This document shows positions 62,246 to 64,000 of a stretch of DNA of 64,000 nucleotides, piece by piece. Numbering within the stretch: position 1 is the first letter of the stretch; every line of letters begins with the position of its first letter. The translations under genes and the position numbers were made by a program. The notes beneath the pieces were generated by a model. That model searched no databases. It saw only the letters and a program-made list of their open reading frames with translations, and was not told the origin of the DNA. This DNA is from the human T2T-CHM13v2.0 reference genome, Homo sapiens: assembly GCF_009914755.1 (NCBI RefSeq), contig NC_060947.1; one strand, written 5' to 3'.

Positions 62246-63390
62246 GTAAGAATTGAGTGCGGATGGACCAAGATAGTTAACAAATGGGTTTCTTTTATAA
62301 GGGTGCCAAATTCTAGACAGCAGGAGCCTTCATATGCTGTAATTATGTCTGTGGTAATCTTATATTTAGAGCATGAATGTTTCTGTTGTAATTTTAAGGC
62401 AGTAAGAAGGTAGAGGGATTTTGTTAAGGAAACACTGCTAGATGGCCACCAAAACTCACTGGGTGGCTCCACTTTGATGACTATCACAATCCAAGGATTC
62501 TTCATCTTTGTATGTTCAGAAACTTGCTGTTAGGGCCCCAGAATCATCCTGTTAATGGTAACGAAACTCAGAAGAGACAAATGTACAAGCCAGAATGTCA
62601 GCTTATTATAAAATTAATTATTTCTGGTAAGCGAAATGCTCATATCTGCCAACTAGAGTATCCCCTCTGCTATCAGCATATATGGGAGCCAAATTTGTCA
62701 TTAGAAGATTTCTTAATTATAGAATTAAAGGAAAGGGCAGTGAGAAGTCTTTCATCCAAGCCATAGTAAAGCCTGAGCATTTCATTCCTCCAATGGTGGG
62801 GGTCGGTGGGGAGGGGCGGGTATATTTCTCTAGAGATAATATTTCTTTTGACCAAATTTGAGTGTTTCTTTACTGGATACTGGATAAGCAACTCCTGATT
62901 CTTCTGGTGGTTAAAGTTGCTTTTAGTTGGTTCCAGGCCAATTCTTCTTCTTCTTCTCTGAATCTTTTAAACAGAATATGATATAGTTTATTAGATTTCC
63001 ATGTACTAAATTTGTATCACTCTTACATTATACCCAGCATACTCTAATTGAAGTTTAGGGTATTCTAAAACTTTCAATTCAGATGTTTGTACTTTCTTGG
63101 ATTGCTATGTGATATAAAGCTTATCATATTCATTATATGTGAATTCTCTCCATTTCTATAAGCTTTTCCCTATATTTACACTATAAGCTTTTCCCTATAT
63201 TACCAAGTTGTTGAGGAATATCTCACTATCATCTCCATGTGACTGTTCCAGTCTACATCATGAGTTAGCTAGGATGTATGAGACTTATGGCTTTTTTACT
63301 TTGTCACTTGTCACTTTAGTGATAATTATGTTTTGTGCACTTTTTTATTGTGGTACAACTAGATGCTTATATTTACTGTTTCTGCTCTAG

Positions 63391-63482
63391 AATGTATTTG
63401 GTACAAGGTGAATAATTATGAACATGGAAAAGAATTTACCAACTTCCTGGATACCATCATCAGGGCAGAGTGCTTCTTACAA
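63391..63482 (+). CDS. CENPI: CENPI coding exon 11 (gene continues beyond window)
   Basis: ctgctctag|AA TGT. ECIWYKVNNYEHGKEFTNFLDTIIRAECFLQ. Donor CAA|gtaaga, 92 nt. Cumulative CDS 1287 nt = 429 codons with no stop. Confidence 0.93.
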
Positions 63483-64000
63483 GTAAGATTTCACTTGCTT
63501 CTTCCACTCTCCACCACTCTTTACTAAAATTTATTTAGATATCCATTGAAAACCTTTTCTTGCCCGGCTGCGGTGGCTCACACCTGTAATCTCAGCACTT
63601 TGGAGGCCAAGGCGGGTGGATCACTTGAGCCCAGGAGTTCAAGACCAGCTTGGGCAACACAGCAAAACCCCATCTCTACAAAGAATACAAAAATTAGCCA
63701 GGCATGGTGGCATGCATCTGTAGTCCCAGCTACTCAGGAGGATGAGGTAGGAGGATCACTTGAGCTCAGGAGGTCAAGGCTGCAGTGAGCCGTAATTGTG
63801 CCACTGCACTGCAGCCTGGGTTACAGAGTGAGATCCTGTCTCAAAAACAACAACAACAAAAAACCCTTTTTTTTAGTACCTGACATCTTTTGTAAATAAT
63901 ATTTGTTCAGTTTGAAGCTCATTATAGATAAAGCTGAGTTTTATCTTTGCACTGTTAGATTTGAAGAAAGAATATGTTATATTATGCAAATAAAAGGGAA

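Overview
Primate, almost certainly human, genomic DNA. I recognise the proteins as those of the Xq22.1 TMEM35A-CENPI locus. Both genes are on the + strand. TMEM35A (NACHO, ER chaperone of nicotinic acetylcholine receptors) is complete: two coding exons (12423-12542, 27994-28377) give 167 aa. CENPI starts about 1.8 kb after the TMEM35A 3' end at a CpG-rich NF-Y/E2F/CHR promoter. Its first 11 coding exons (429 codons, all GT-AG, frame-consistent) lie in the window and the gene continues past it. Most of the remaining sequence is interspersed repeat: dozens of Alus, a 5'-deleted LTR8/HUERS-P1-type provirus, L1/L2/MIR relics, MaLR/ERVL LTRs and hAT/Tc1-mariner relics. Almost all ORFs in the supplied track are Alu artefacts. 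I found no prokaryote-type or clearly new biological system. The best candidates for undescribed biology are: (i) an in-frame alternative last exon in TMEM35A intron 1 whose stop codon overlaps AATAAA; (ii) an RE1/REST site in the TMEM35A 5' UTR; (iii) a Met-Gln-stop uORF overlapping the CENPI start (TAATG), followed by a strong-Kozak 47-aa alternative-frame ORF; (iv) a U2 snRNA fragment and an Alu sharing a triplicated target site; (v) a locally templated insertion inside an Alu. Repeat subfamily names come from remembered consensus sequences and repeat boundaries are approximate.
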